A DNA stretch of 59,125 bases from Candidatus Yanofskybacteria bacterium (GCA_016181045.1 JACPAB010000002.1:1-59125); one strand, 5' to 3'. Positions 27,243-36,600 are shown, numbered from the stretch's first letter. The notes: generated by a model not told the origin, from the letters alone. Numbers and translations: made by a program.

Positions 27243-27456
27243 CGAGTGGTACGGTATTTTTCAGCCCGTTCCGATTGCTCCAGCGGCAATCTCCACTTGT
27301 CCTCGCGACGGCGGGTTTCTCGCAGTTTCGATAAAGTTAACTAATTATTTAGATAGGAAATTGTGTAGCCTTCAGTTCTAAATGGCAAGCATTCCTAACT
27401 ACTCAAAACACCAAGCCCGCCTGTTGCGGGTCTGAAAAATACCGTGCCACCTCGCT
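27241..27456. repeat. Non-coding element with ~28-bp terminal inverted repeats
   Basis: AGCGAG-TGGTACGGTATTTTTCAG-CCCG ... CGGG-T-CTGAAAAATACCGTGCCA-C-CTCGCT. Confidence 0.65.
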
Positions 27457-27474
27457 TTAACTATCGCAGTTTGA

Positions 27475-27503
27475 TTGACAAATGAGATTTTCGACGATAG
27501 TAT
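27475..27503 (+). promoter_or_regulatory. Sigma70 promoter for a probably leaderless transcript
   Basis: TTGACA-17 nt-TAGTAT; ATG 6 nt downstream. Confidence 0.55.
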
Positions 27504-27509
27504 AAAATT

Positions 27510-27716
27510 ATGAATAAACAAATTTCATGCAATGGCGGTTGCGACAAAACGTGGCCGGATGACCAAGTAAAGTGGCATCACAACCCGGGCATTAGGGTCG
27601 GTGGCAGAGCGGTCGAAGAAGGCGCAGATTTCAAAGCCGATGAACCGGCCAAGATGTGCGAGGGGTGCTTTCAAAAGCTTCCGGACGAACAGAAGCGGGT
27701 GTGGCCGGAAATATAA
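27510..27716 (+). CDS. Small Cys-containing (zinc-ribbon-like) protein
   Basis: CNGGC...CEGC; promoter directly upstream. Confidence 0.6.
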   Translation: MNKQISCNGGCDKTWPDDQVKWHHNPGIRVGGRAVEEGADFKADEPAKMCEGCFQKLPDEQKRVWPEI

Positions 27717-27721
27717 TCACC

Positions 27722-27988
27722 ATGAACAAAAAACTTATAGCTAAAGAATGGTTAGTATTTTTGAAATGGCTTTTGATTGGCGTTGTTGTAATGCCGCTTT
27801 TTCTTGGAATACTGGTTTTGTTCATAGATGGTGATGTTATGTTTGGCTACATAATGAAGGCATTATACTCGGATATGTTTGGCGGAGATGTAGAATGGGG
27901 ACCAGTGGGAACTTGGCTTTGGATACTTATACCTTATGGAATTTTCAATTTGGTTAGGTCGATAAAATGGGCAAGAAGAAATCAATAA
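27722..27988 (+). CDS. Small membrane protein
   Basis: MNKKLIAKEW + TM + WILIPY..FNLVRSIKWA. Confidence 0.6.
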   Translation: MNKKLIAKEWLVFLKWLLIGVVVMPLFLGILVLFIDGDVMFGYIMKALYSDMFGGDVEWGPVGTWLWILIPYGIFNLVRSIKWARRNQ

Positions 27989-28078
27989 GCCAAGAACCTA
28001 TTCAACCGCCTCAAAAATGTTAAAAGCTCGGTTTTTAACATTTTTATGACTATTCACTCAATCTAAGCGAAAACCCCT

Positions 28079-28272
28079 CCCAATTACCGACCGTTTGCCT
28101 CCGAGGAGAACACAATGATTAAATTGACCGAAAATTTGCTTATTCAATAAATTTTAGCCGGAAAATCCTGATAAGGAGGAACGGATGCTAAAATTTATTA
28201 AGCAACATTGAGAGTTAATTTAAGCATTTGTCCGAAGGAGACCGAAGGCGCAGGCAACAGGTCGAAAATGGG
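28079..28272. other. Long (~195 nt) rod-like hairpin: ncRNA or MITE-like repeat
   Basis: Nested pairings CGACC/GGTCG, TTGCCT/AGGCAA, TTAAATTGAC/GTTAATTTAA, TTGCTT/AAGCAA, AATAAATTTTAGC/GCTAAAATTTATT, TCCT/AGGA. Confidence 0.55.
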
Positions 28273-28322
28273 CGAATGCTTGATTTTAAATAAAATTTCG
28301 AGTATTATAATAGAGCTTATTT

Positions 28323-29060
28323 ATGGCTACCAAGCAGCAAAAAATTGAATTAAATGCCGCCAAGCGCGTAGCTATCGGCGGACGGCTGAACTCATTAAGA
28401 AAATCCGGATATGTGCCGGCGATTTTGTACGGAAAAAATCAGGAGCCGCTTCCCTTGCAGGTTCCGTTGAAGGACTTCATAAAGGCGTTCGAATCAGCCG
28501 GAGAATCAACCCTTGTTTACATAAATGTCGACGGGCAGGCCTATCCGGTTATTATTCATGATGTCGCCAGAGACCCCGTTTCAGACGATGTTCTTCATGC
28601 CGATTTTTATAAGGTTCGGCTCGACCAAAAAATCAAGGCCAATGTTCCGGTAGAATTTACCGGTGAGTCGCCGGCAGTAAAAGATCTGCTGGGTATTTTC
28701 GTAAGGAATGTGAACGAACTGGAAGTTGAAGGATTGCCCCAGGACATGCCCCACGAGATTACCATCGATATTTCTGGAATGAATAATTTCGGCGACCAGA
28801 TCCTGGTCAAAGACATAAAACTCGCCTCCGGACTAAGAATAGTCGGCGAAGAGGATGAGATAATTGCCACTGTTCAGGAGCCGATGTCTCAGGAAGAGCT
28901 TGAAAAGGCATTGGAGGCGCCGACCGAAACAGCGGAAGACGTCAAGGTCATCGAAAAAGAGAAAGAAGAGGAACCAGCCGAAGCCGAAGGCGAAGTGGCG
29001 CCGGAATCACCTCAAGAACAAAAAAGTGAGCAGAAGCCCCAGCCAGAGAAGAACAAATAA
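28323..29060 (+). CDS. rplY: 50S ribosomal protein L25/general stress protein Ctc
   Basis: LRKSGYVPAILYG, LHADFY, VPVEFTGESPAVK, PHEITIDIS, acidic tail. Confidence 0.95.
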   Translation: MATKQQKIELNAAKRVAIGGRLNSLRKSGYVPAILYGKNQEPLPLQVPLKDFIKAFESAGESTLVYINVDGQAYPVIIHDVARDPVSDDVLHADFYKVRLDQKIKANVPVEFTGESPAVKDLLGIFVRNVNELEVEGLPQDMPHEITIDISGMNNFGDQILVKDIKLASGLRIVGEEDEIIATVQEPMSQEELEKALEAPTETAEDVKVIEKEKEEEPAEAEGEVAPESPQEQKSEQKPQPEKNK

Positions 29061-29144
29061 AGTCCATCCGTTTCTCGACAGCCAATTTTTCAGTTGTCCT
29101 CCCCAGCCCGGTTCCGATTGGAAGACCGGGCTTTTGATTTCTCG

Positions 29145-29909
29145 TTATTGATTAGATAAGGCGTCTATGACAGGGTCCAGCGCTCCGGCCATTATTCTGT
29201 CTATGTTGCCCCAGCTTTTTTTGATGCGGTGGTCGGTTATCCTGTCCTGCGGGAAGTTGTAGGTCCGTATTTTTTCCGAACGGTCCCCGGTACCTATTTG
29301 TTTCCGGCGTTCTTCGGTGATGTTCCCGGTTTCTTCGATCTTTTTTATTTCCAGAAGTTTAGCTCTCAATATATCCATGGCCTTGTCCCGGTTCCTTTGC
29401 TGGGATCTTTCCTGTCTGGAAGAAACGACTATGCCGGACGGCTTGTGAAGTATGCGGACGGCGGTCTCCACTTTGTTTACGTTTTGGCCTCCGGGACCTC
29501 CGGCACGGGAGAAGGTGATCTCGAGTTCGTCTGGACGTATCTGAAGTTCGTTTTCACCGGCTTTTCGAAGCACTGCCACCGTGGCGGTCGAAGTGTGTAT
29601 CCGGCCGCCCTTTTCCGTTTTAGGAACTCTTTGGACTCTGTGAACTCCCGATTCATTGCGCATCTTGGTATATGCGTTTGGCCCCTTGATCTCAAAAACG
29701 ACGGACTTATATCCGCCGATGTTGTTTTGGTTGGAGTCGATGATGTCCAAACCCCAGCCCTTGGATGCCGCATATTTTTTGTAGAGGTAAAAAAGTTCCG
29801 CGGCAAAAAGAGCGGCTTCATCGCCGCCCGCTCCGGCACGTATTTCGACAATAGCTTCATCCGATAAGTTGCGCGGTTTTTGGTTGGGCTGGTATGGGAC
29901 GTAAGTCAT
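29145..29909 (-). CDS. prfA: Peptide chain release factor 1, lacking N-terminal domain 1
   Basis: [25 protein letters not shown] (PxT), [28 protein letters not shown]; 254 aa. Confidence 0.9.
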   Translation of the reverse strand: MTYVPYQPNQKPRNLSDEAIVEIRAGAGGDEAALFAAELFYLYKKYAASKGWGLDIIDSNQNNIGGYKSVVFEIKGPNAYTKMRNESGVHRVQRVPKTEKGGRIHTSTATVAVLRKAGENELQIRPDELEITFSRAGGPGGQNVNKVETAVRILHKPSGIVVSSRQERSQQRNRDKAMDILRAKLLEIKKIEETGNITEERRKQIGTGDRSEKIRTYNFPQDRITDHRIKKSWGNIDRIMAGALDPVIDALSNQ

Positions 29910-30199
29910 TATTTTCTCGCTTTCTTTTTGCCAAGCGAAGATCTCTGAGTTCTCGGAGTGGTTTCCTGGTCGTGCTTTAGCCGGCCGAGGAACTCTGTAG
30001 ATTTCTCGAGTTTCTTTTTAAACTTCTCAACCCTTCCTCTGGTATCGAGGATCTTTTCTTGTCCGGTATAGAAAGGATGGCAATTGGAGCAAATTCCAGT
30101 CGAAACTTCCGGCGAAGTCGAGCCGGTCGTCCATTTGTTTCCACATGCGCAATGGACTTTAGCGTTATCAAAATACTTCGGATGGATGTCTTGTTTCAT
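29909..30199 (-). CDS. rpmE: 50S ribosomal protein L31 (Zn-binding type)
   Basis: [29 protein letters not shown]. Confidence 0.96.
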   Translation of the reverse strand: MKQDIHPKYFDNAKVHCACGNKWTTGSTSPEVSTGICSNCHPFYTGQEKILDTRGRVEKFKKKLEKSTEFLGRLKHDQETTPRTQRSSLGKKKARK

Positions 30200-30260
30200 G
30201 GCTATATTTTAACATGAGAGGGTTGATTTTACAAGGACTATCTGGTAACATAGTTCGGGT

Positions 30261-31019
30261 ATGGCTGAACTTAATACTATGGGACTCCAGGTCAATCCCG
30301 AACAAAGCCGCGAGGGCTCGCAGCGCGCCTCTGCTTCGTACGGGATCAATTACGAAGACATGCTCAAGGCGGGTATGCATTACGGTCGGAAAAGGACCGT
30401 TTTAAATCCGTCCATGAATCGCTATGTCTTTACTGTCAGGGATGGCATTTGCATTATAGACCTGCTTAAGACCCAAGCCCAGCTTATGAATTCCATGGAA
30501 TTCCTCAAAAGAACCATAAATCCGCCGGCTGGTGGGGTGGGATTGGTTCTTTTTGTCGGGATTACCAAGCAATCCAGTGAGTCGATGAAAAGCTTGGCGG
30601 AGTCCTTTAATATGCCCTATGTTATCGACAGGTGGCTGGGCGGAACTCTGACCAACTATAAGGTTATCAACGCCAGGGTCAAAAAACTCGAGGAGTTAGA
30701 GAACGATATGAAGACCGGAGCCCTGGATAAGTACACCAAAAAGGAACGCTTGATGCTCACGAGAGAGCTGGTAAAAATGAAGGTCAGGTTCGATGGTCTG
30801 AAAAAACTCACCCGCTTGCCTGATGCCATCTTCGTATCCTCGCTGAAGGAGAGCTCGTTAGCCGTTAAAGAGGCCAAAAAGATGGGCATCAAAGTTGTGG
30901 GTATTGCCAACACGGATTCCAATCCGGAAGAGATCGATTATGTGATTCCGGCAAATGACCGCTCAAAGAAGTCGGTGGACTTGATAGTTGATATAATCAC
31001 CAAAGAATTAGCAGAATAA
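30261..31019 (+). CDS. rpsB: 30S ribosomal protein S2
   Basis: MLKAGMHYG, IIDL.KT, RWLGGTLTN, NTDSNP, IPAND. Confidence 0.95.
   Translation: MAELNTMGLQVNPEQSREGSQRASASYGINYEDMLKAGMHYGRKRTVLNPSMNRYVFTVRDGICIIDLLKTQAQLMNSMEFLKRTINPPAGGVGLVLFVGITKQSSESMKSLAESFNMPYVIDRWLGGTLTNYKVINARVKKLEELENDMKTGALDKYTKKERLMLTRELVKMKVRFDGLKKLTRLPDAIFVSSLKESSLAVKEAKKMGIKVVGIANTDSNPEEIDYVIPANDRSKKSVDLIVDIITKELAE
30295..30346. repeat. Palindromic element in frame at the 5' end of rpsB (NPEQSREGSQRASASYG)
   Basis: ATCCCGAACAAAGC..GCGAG-GG-CTCGC..GCTTCGTACGGGAT. Confidence 0.7.
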
Positions 31020-31046
31020 AATTACAAGTCCGACTTGTAAAAAAAT

Positions 31047-31496
31047 ATGGTAAATACTGACAAAATAAAGCAGTTGCGCGACAGCACCGGGCTCCCTCTC
31101 GGCCAAATAAAAAGGGCTATTGATGAGGCCGGAGGAGACGAAGCTAAAGCACGAGAAATATTGAAGGCCCAAGGCGTTGCTGTGGCCGCAAAAAAGTCAT
31201 CCCGAGAAGTAAAAGAGGGGGTGATTGACTCCTACATTCATGCCAATAAGAAGTTGGGAGCCATGGTGGAGGTTTTGTGTGAAACGGACTTCGTAGCCAG
31301 AAACGTCGAATTCCAAAAACTGGCCCACGACCTGGCCATGCACATAGCTGCAGCAAGACCGGAAACTCCCGATGGCCTTATGGCCCAGCCCTTCGTCAAA
31401 GACCCAGCTATAACCATAAAAGAGCTCATCAACCAATATGTCGCCAAACTGGGAGAGAATATCCAAGTCGGCCGGTTTGAGATATTTGAGGTCTAA
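31047..31496 (+). CDS. tsf: Elongation factor Ts (short form)
   Basis: [41 protein letters not shown]; follows rpsB. Confidence 0.95.
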   Translation: MVNTDKIKQLRDSTGLPLGQIKRAIDEAGGDEAKAREILKAQGVAVAAKKSSREVKEGVIDSYIHANKKLGAMVEVLCETDFVARNVEFQKLAHDLAMHIAAARPETPDGLMAQPFVKDPAITIKELINQYVAKLGENIQVGRFEIFEV

Positions 31497-31501
31497 ATAA
31501 A

Positions 31502-32095
31502 ATGTACCTGCTCATTCCTCTTATTTTAATTTTGGCGTCTGCGGGAGGCATCTTTTTCATTGTTTGGAGAAAGGTGCCCTATCTTAAGAAGCTTACCGTG
31601 ACCGACGTTCAGTCCGGACAGAGCATCTGGTCCGACCTTTTCCCGGAATTGGCTAACGGAGTCAACAGCACCCGGCTCAAACACTATCGCGGGGTTTGGC
31701 TGCTTGAGCTTGAGAAGTTCCTTCGTCGCTTGAGATTAATGTCCATGAAAATGGACAGAATGTCGGACTCCCTTATTAAAAGGATAAGGAATGTAACAGA
31801 AAGAAAACATCCTTCAGCCGGGGTTTCACCTGCGGCCTCGGCTTCACCTTCGGCGACTGCAGAGTCGATAAGGGAAACAGTAGAGGACTTAAAGCGCGAA
31901 GAGCAGAAATTGATAATCGAAATAGCCAAAGACCCCAAGAACTCCTCACTCTACGAAGTGTTGGGTGATCTCTATGTAAAAATGTCCAATTTCGCCGACG
32001 CAAAAGAGTCGTATGAAGCGGCAATAGAACTCAATCCGGCCAACGAGGAACTCAAAAAGAAGCATTCTCAAGCGGTTGAAAATGTGGTAAAATAA
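31502..32095 (+). CDS. Membrane-anchored TPR protein
   Basis: N-terminal TM; DPKN..YEVLGDLY....FADAKESYEAAIELNP. Confidence 0.8.
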   Translation: MYLLIPLILILASAGGIFFIVWRKVPYLKKLTVTDVQSGQSIWSDLFPELANGVNSTRLKHYRGVWLLELEKFLRRLRLMSMKMDRMSDSLIKRIRNVTERKHPSAGVSPAASASPSATAESIRETVEDLKREEQKLIIEIAKDPKNSSLYEVLGDLYVKMSNFADAKESYEAAIELNPANEELKKKHSQAVENVVK

Positions 32096-32108
32096 GGTGT
32101 CTCAAATT

Positions 32109-32182
32109 GCCCGTGTAGCTTAGTGGCAAAGCAGTGGTCTTGTAACCCACCGACGGGTGTTCGATTCACCCCGCGGGCTCCA
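32109..32182 (+). tRNA. tRNA-Thr(TGT)
   Basis: GCCCGTG/CGCGGGC acceptor stem, CT-TGT-AA loop, GGGTG-TTCGATT-CACCC, encoded CCA. Confidence 0.93.
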
Positions 32183-32258
32183 GATCTTTGAAATTTCTCA
32201 TAGTAAAGTAGTCAATTAAATAAATTGCCGAATAGCTAATTGTGTGATATGGTTAAGC

Positions 32259-33044
32259 ATGCCTAAACGATGGAGCATAATTGAAGAAAGAGTCAGGAAA
32301 TTAGAGCTAGTAAAATTGTATATTAAAGAGAATAAGACCATAGGTGAGATTGCTCGCGGTCTTGGTTTGGGAGAATCAAGCGTGTATCAAAGATTGTTAA
32401 GACTGGGTATTAAGCCCATTCCGTTCAAGAAAAAAACTTATAAAAACATAAATTATAATGTCATTATTCCAAAAATATATTCTGAAAAACTAGCTGAAAT
32501 GGTGGGAATTTTGCTAGGTGATGGACATCTTACTCCTACCCAGGTTACAGTAACTTTGGGTAAAAAAGATGAGTACACGGGCTATATTAGCGATTTAATG
32601 ACAAGCCTTTTCAATGTAAAGCCCAAGACTTCTGTAACTAAGGAAGGGCATTATATAATTTATTTAGGATCTGCCAGGCTTGTTCGCTGGTTTTTGAAAA
32701 TGGGATTATGCTTTAATAAAGTTAAAAATCAGGTTGATATACCACCTTGGTGCATAAGAAGAAAAAATTATATGATAAATACTATTAGGGGTTTAATTGA
32801 TACAGATGGATCAGTATATAAATTAAGATTTGGTACACAAATATCATTTTGCAACCGATCCTTACCGCTTATGAAGGCTGTTAGGACTATGCTTATTAGA
32901 CTAGGATTTAAGCCTTCAAAGATAAGTAGCCATAATATTTATCTAACTAGATCTGGGGACCTACTTAAATATTATAAAGAAGTAGGTTTCAATAATAAAA
33001 AGCACGAGAAAAGATTTTTAGAATTTGATGGGCGGTTCGGATAG
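32259..33044 (+). CDS. HTH + double-motif LAGLIDADG homing-endonuclease-like protein
   Basis: TIGEIARGLGLGESSVY (HTH); LAEMVGILLGDGHL and IRGLIDTDGSV motifs; AT-rich. Confidence 0.88.
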   Translation: MPKRWSIIEERVRKLELVKLYIKENKTIGEIARGLGLGESSVYQRLLRLGIKPIPFKKKTYKNINYNVIIPKIYSEKLAEMVGILLGDGHLTPTQVTVTLGKKDEYTGYISDLMTSLFNVKPKTSVTKEGHYIIYLGSARLVRWFLKMGLCFNKVKNQVDIPPWCIRRKNYMINTIRGLIDTDGSVYKLRFGTQISFCNRSLPLMKAVRTMLIRLGFKPSKISSHNIYLTRSGDLLKYYKEVGFNNKKHEKRFLEFDGRFG

Positions 33045-33113
33045 CGGCAATTCCATCGCGCTGTAAACGCGACGACCGTTCGGTCTACGGGGGTTCGAGT
33101 CCCTCACCGCCCA
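33030..33113 (+). tRNA. tRNA-Tyr(GTA)
   Basis: GGGCGGT/ACCGCCC acceptor stem, TCGCG-CT-GTA-AA-CGCGA, long variable arm, TTCGAGT T-loop. Confidence 0.93.
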
Positions 33114-33135
33114 CAGGAAGAGCAATGGGGTTCAT

Positions 33136-33209
33136 GCCTGGGTAGCTCAGTTAGTTAGAGCACGTCATTGGTAATGACGAGGTCGCCAGTGCAATTCTGG
33201 CCCCAGGCT
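33136..33209 (+). tRNA. tRNA-Thr(GGT)
   Basis: GCCTGGG/CCCAGGC acceptor stem, CGTCA-TT-GGT-AA-TGACG, GCCAG-TGCAATT-CTGGC. Confidence 0.9.
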
Positions 33210-33292
33210 CAAGGTCGTTAAATAGCCATTAGTTATTAGCCACTAGAAATTAGAATCTAAGTCCTAATGGCTAAGTTCTAATTACTAAATAT

Positions 33293-33457
33293 ATGTCACA
33301 AGAAAATTTGTTAAGATTAAAGTGTTCTGTCTGCAAGCGGGCCAACTATTACACCACGAAGAACAAGAAAACCGTCGAGCGGAAGCTGGAGTTCAAGAAG
33401 TTCTGCAAGTGGTGCAAGAAAAGCACGCCACATAAAGAGGCGAGGATTACAGGCTAA
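33293..33457 (+). CDS. rpmG: 50S ribosomal protein L33 (Zn-binding type; absent from the ORF track)
   Basis: Manual translation MSQENLLRLKCSVCKRANYYTTKNKKTVERKLEFKKFCKWCKKSTPHKEARITG*. Confidence 0.95.
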   Translation: MSQENLLRLKCSVCKRANYYTTKNKKTVERKLEFKKFCKWCKKSTPHKEARITG

Positions 33458-33465
33458 TGCCTGTT

Positions 33466-33536
33466 GGGAGTGTCGTTCAATGGTAGGACTCTTCTCTCCA
33501 AAAGAAGGTATCCCCGTTCGAGTCGGGGCACTCCCG
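33466..33536 (+). tRNA. tRNA-Trp(CCA)
   Basis: GGGAGTG/CACTCCC acceptor stem, CTTCT-CT-CCA-AA-AGAAG, CCCCG-TTCGAGT-CGGGG. Confidence 0.93.
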
Positions 33537-33542
33537 CAGTAA

Positions 33543-33577
33543 AAACATAAAACGGCATACCAGGCCGTTTTATGTTT
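33543..33577 (+). terminator. Terminator after tRNA-Trp
   Basis: AAACATAAAACGGC-ATACCAG-GCCGTTTTATGTTT. Confidence 0.7.
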
Positions 33578-33651
33578 GACTTGTCAATATTGTGTTGAAT
33601 TTTTTTTTGATATCATTGTGGCAAGAACATTAAAAACTCGCGAGGAAAAAG

Positions 33652-36600
33652 ATGGTCACCAAAAAATCGAAGCGTCTTGCTCCGGAAGAGAACGCAAGGG
33701 TCAAAAAGCGCTTGAGGCATCTTTGGAAAATGTCCGAAGGTGAAAAGGGGAAATTCATCGACCTTGTAAGAAGAGATGAATTCCTGAAGAGTGTCGGCCA
33801 GAATTGGGACAATTGCGACCACAAAGCCGAACGGATGGGCTTTTATAAGAGAGGAGAGAACTTGAACTCGAGATTTTGGATAACCAAGTTCGAAAAGGAA
33901 CACCCGGAGGCCCAGAAGCGTCTGGATGTGGTATTGGCAGACAGTACCACTTCGATGCAAAAGATACTTGATGATTTCAAGGAATTCGGCATCAAAAATG
34001 ATGACCAACTCAGAAAATACGCCAGAACCAAGGGTATCAATATTAAAAAGGGGAAGACGGACACAAGCATTGCTTATGACAGAAGGACTGCCGAGCTTGT
34101 GCAAAGCGGCATTCTTGTCAACGGCGGTCTCGATAAGATGCTTTCAACCCTGAAGGCGGAATTCTCGAGCACCGTGAGGAACATTACCCAAAAATCGCTT
34201 GCGGCAGAGATCGAAGCGGTCATCTGGAACAAGAAGGCCGAGGAAGCGTTCCGGCATGTAGTCGGCCACGACTTGCCTCTGGAAAGATTCAGCAAATACC
34301 ACCCCCATATCCCGCAGGATATGCTTAAGCGAAAAGCGAAGACCCTGACCGGTCTAAGCAATGTTCAGCACCCCGTGGCTTTTTTGAAGGGCCTGGGCAG
34401 GATCGGCGATCTTGAGGGCCTGGATGGTTCATTCGAGCTGCCCAAGAGCGGTTCGGCGAATCCTTATCCTGTTTCCGTGAAAAGCGATAACCCGTGGGTC
34501 AGGGTCATCAATGGCGCAAATATCGGTTTGAGGCACAAGCGCTTGATCGAGGAAAACCCCGTGCGCCGCGCTCTCGCCGACGCGACCAGAAGCGGCGATG
34601 ACGTGGTGTTCATCGTCAATCCTTTTGACATTGAGATCAAAAAAGCCGCTGGCGGTTTGAGAGTCCAGAGGTCATTTGCCTCCGGTCTTAACGTGAACCT
34701 GAAACTGCTCGATCCTTTTTACAGGGACCGGCTCGAACATAATCACGACGGCAACCGCATCGTCTACGAGATCGTTGCCGAAAGATTCGTTAATATGCTC
34801 TCCGGATTGGCCAAGATCGCCAATCGTCCCGACGGCACGCCGGAATTTTCCGGCCAAGTGTTCGTCATCCTCGGCTATAAGGAAGAGGAAGTCGTTGCCA
34901 ATGCCGCCGCTTGGGAGTTGGGCTACAAGACCCGGCTCAAGCAGGAGCAGATCGAAGCGGAGATCAAGTCGGTTAAATCCGCGATTGCCAGCGGGGAAGA
35001 AAATATCGGAGGGGTTGACCTGTATGAGGAGCTCAACAACCTTGTGAACCTCAAAGCCAGGGTTATCCAATCCAATATTAACGACGAGGAATTGCAGAAA
35101 TATGCCCGCAAGGTCATGCACTTCGTCGTTAAAAAGATCGAAGAGTCGATCCCCAACGCCAAAGTCATCGGACAAGGGACGACTTTTGTGAATGTGAACG
35201 GGAACGTCGTTGACTTCAATGTTCCTTCACATCTCCAGGTTACTGACGGACTCTTGTCCAACTACAACAGAACCCATGGCGCCAGATCGGTCAGGCAGGA
35301 AACCGCCAGAACGACGGTTATCTGCCATCCCTATTCCCTGAATTTCCGTATGACCTCGAGAGAGATCAACGTCGGGAACAGAAGGGCCGAAGCAAGGGTA
35401 TTCGTCGCGCCTATCTGCGTCGACGGAAAGTTCTTGCGAGACGCTTTGCGCGATTCGGTCAGGAGCGCCCACCCCATCTCAAAAGTCGTCTTTTCTTCCC
35501 AATTCAGCCCCGGCGTGTTGCGGCTGCGCTTCAGCCAGGGGATAGTAAGCGCCGACCCCATTCCGATCGAGGCGTTGTCGAGGAAATCGAGTCCGGCCAA
35601 AACTGGCAAGCATCATACCGATGCCAAATACATCTGGAACATGGTTGCTACCGACCCGCATTTCGGTTCGAGGAACCGGGAAGAGGTCTGGAGCCATGCC
35701 GCCAAGGGCTCGCTCGGCGTCTCCGACGCGGTCATCCAGATGATGCGAGATGCCAAGTTGTGCGAAGGCGGCAAACTGCCCGTCCATCTTTATACCGTTA
35801 ATGACGACCCGACGCAGGGTAATCACTACGATACCCATAAACAGCCGCATCCCGAGCAGATGTCCTATCAGGCGATGGAGAGGTTGATGCCGACTTTGGC
35901 CACTAAAGAGGAAGTTGTGGCGTTCGCCCTCAATCAGTTCCGGAAGAGGGGTTCCGATTGGCTTCAGGAGCAGATCGAACAAGTCAAGGAACGGCACATC
36001 GAGCCGAACCTGGACTTCTTCGGTTCCATTCTGCATCGGGTCGTGAGATCCGGACTGGTCATTCGGGGCGTCAGTGAGATTCACGGCGTTCCTTATGACA
36101 GAAGAGACCTTGGCGCCATCAACTGGGGGACAGGCAACCACCTTGAATCCACCATTGACAGGAACCTGACCGAAGGCGTTGAGTATGCCAAGCACTTGAG
36201 GGCCTTGCTCTATGGCGAATGGCAGAATCAGAAGGATCTGATTGACCGTTTGGTTGCCGCTCCTCTTGAGGGCAATCAGTATTTCGCTTGGGGCATAGTG
36301 AATGCGCCCGGCGGATACGAGTGGGCAGTCGAATTCAGAAGCGATCCCACCCGGCTATCAACCTGGGCCGACCCGCTTAAGGCGGCTGTCACCAACGACG
36401 CGCTTCGCGGCGATTATGGCCTGTTCATGACCGGCCACAAGACGCTGAAAGTTTACGGAGATAAGCATTTCTTCTCGGCAGTGAATACCGAGCATGCCTT
36501 CTATCATATGTGCGCCTCCGGCACGTCAACCGACCTTTACGGCCACAGAGGATTCCCTCCGAACAACACCGGCGTGTCCTTTGTCGGCCTGCCGGCCGAA

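Noticed and set aside
29931-29961. Palindromic insertion in the rpmE C-terminal tail ([10 protein letters not shown])
   Set aside because: Pairing is weak; only a 12-nt match (CCACTCCGAGAA) to ~12645 supports it.
32183-33044. Group I intron or intein hosting the LAGLIDADG ORF
   Set aside because: Both flanking tRNAs are uninterrupted, only ~75 nt of non-coding flank exists, and there are no intein terminal motifs.
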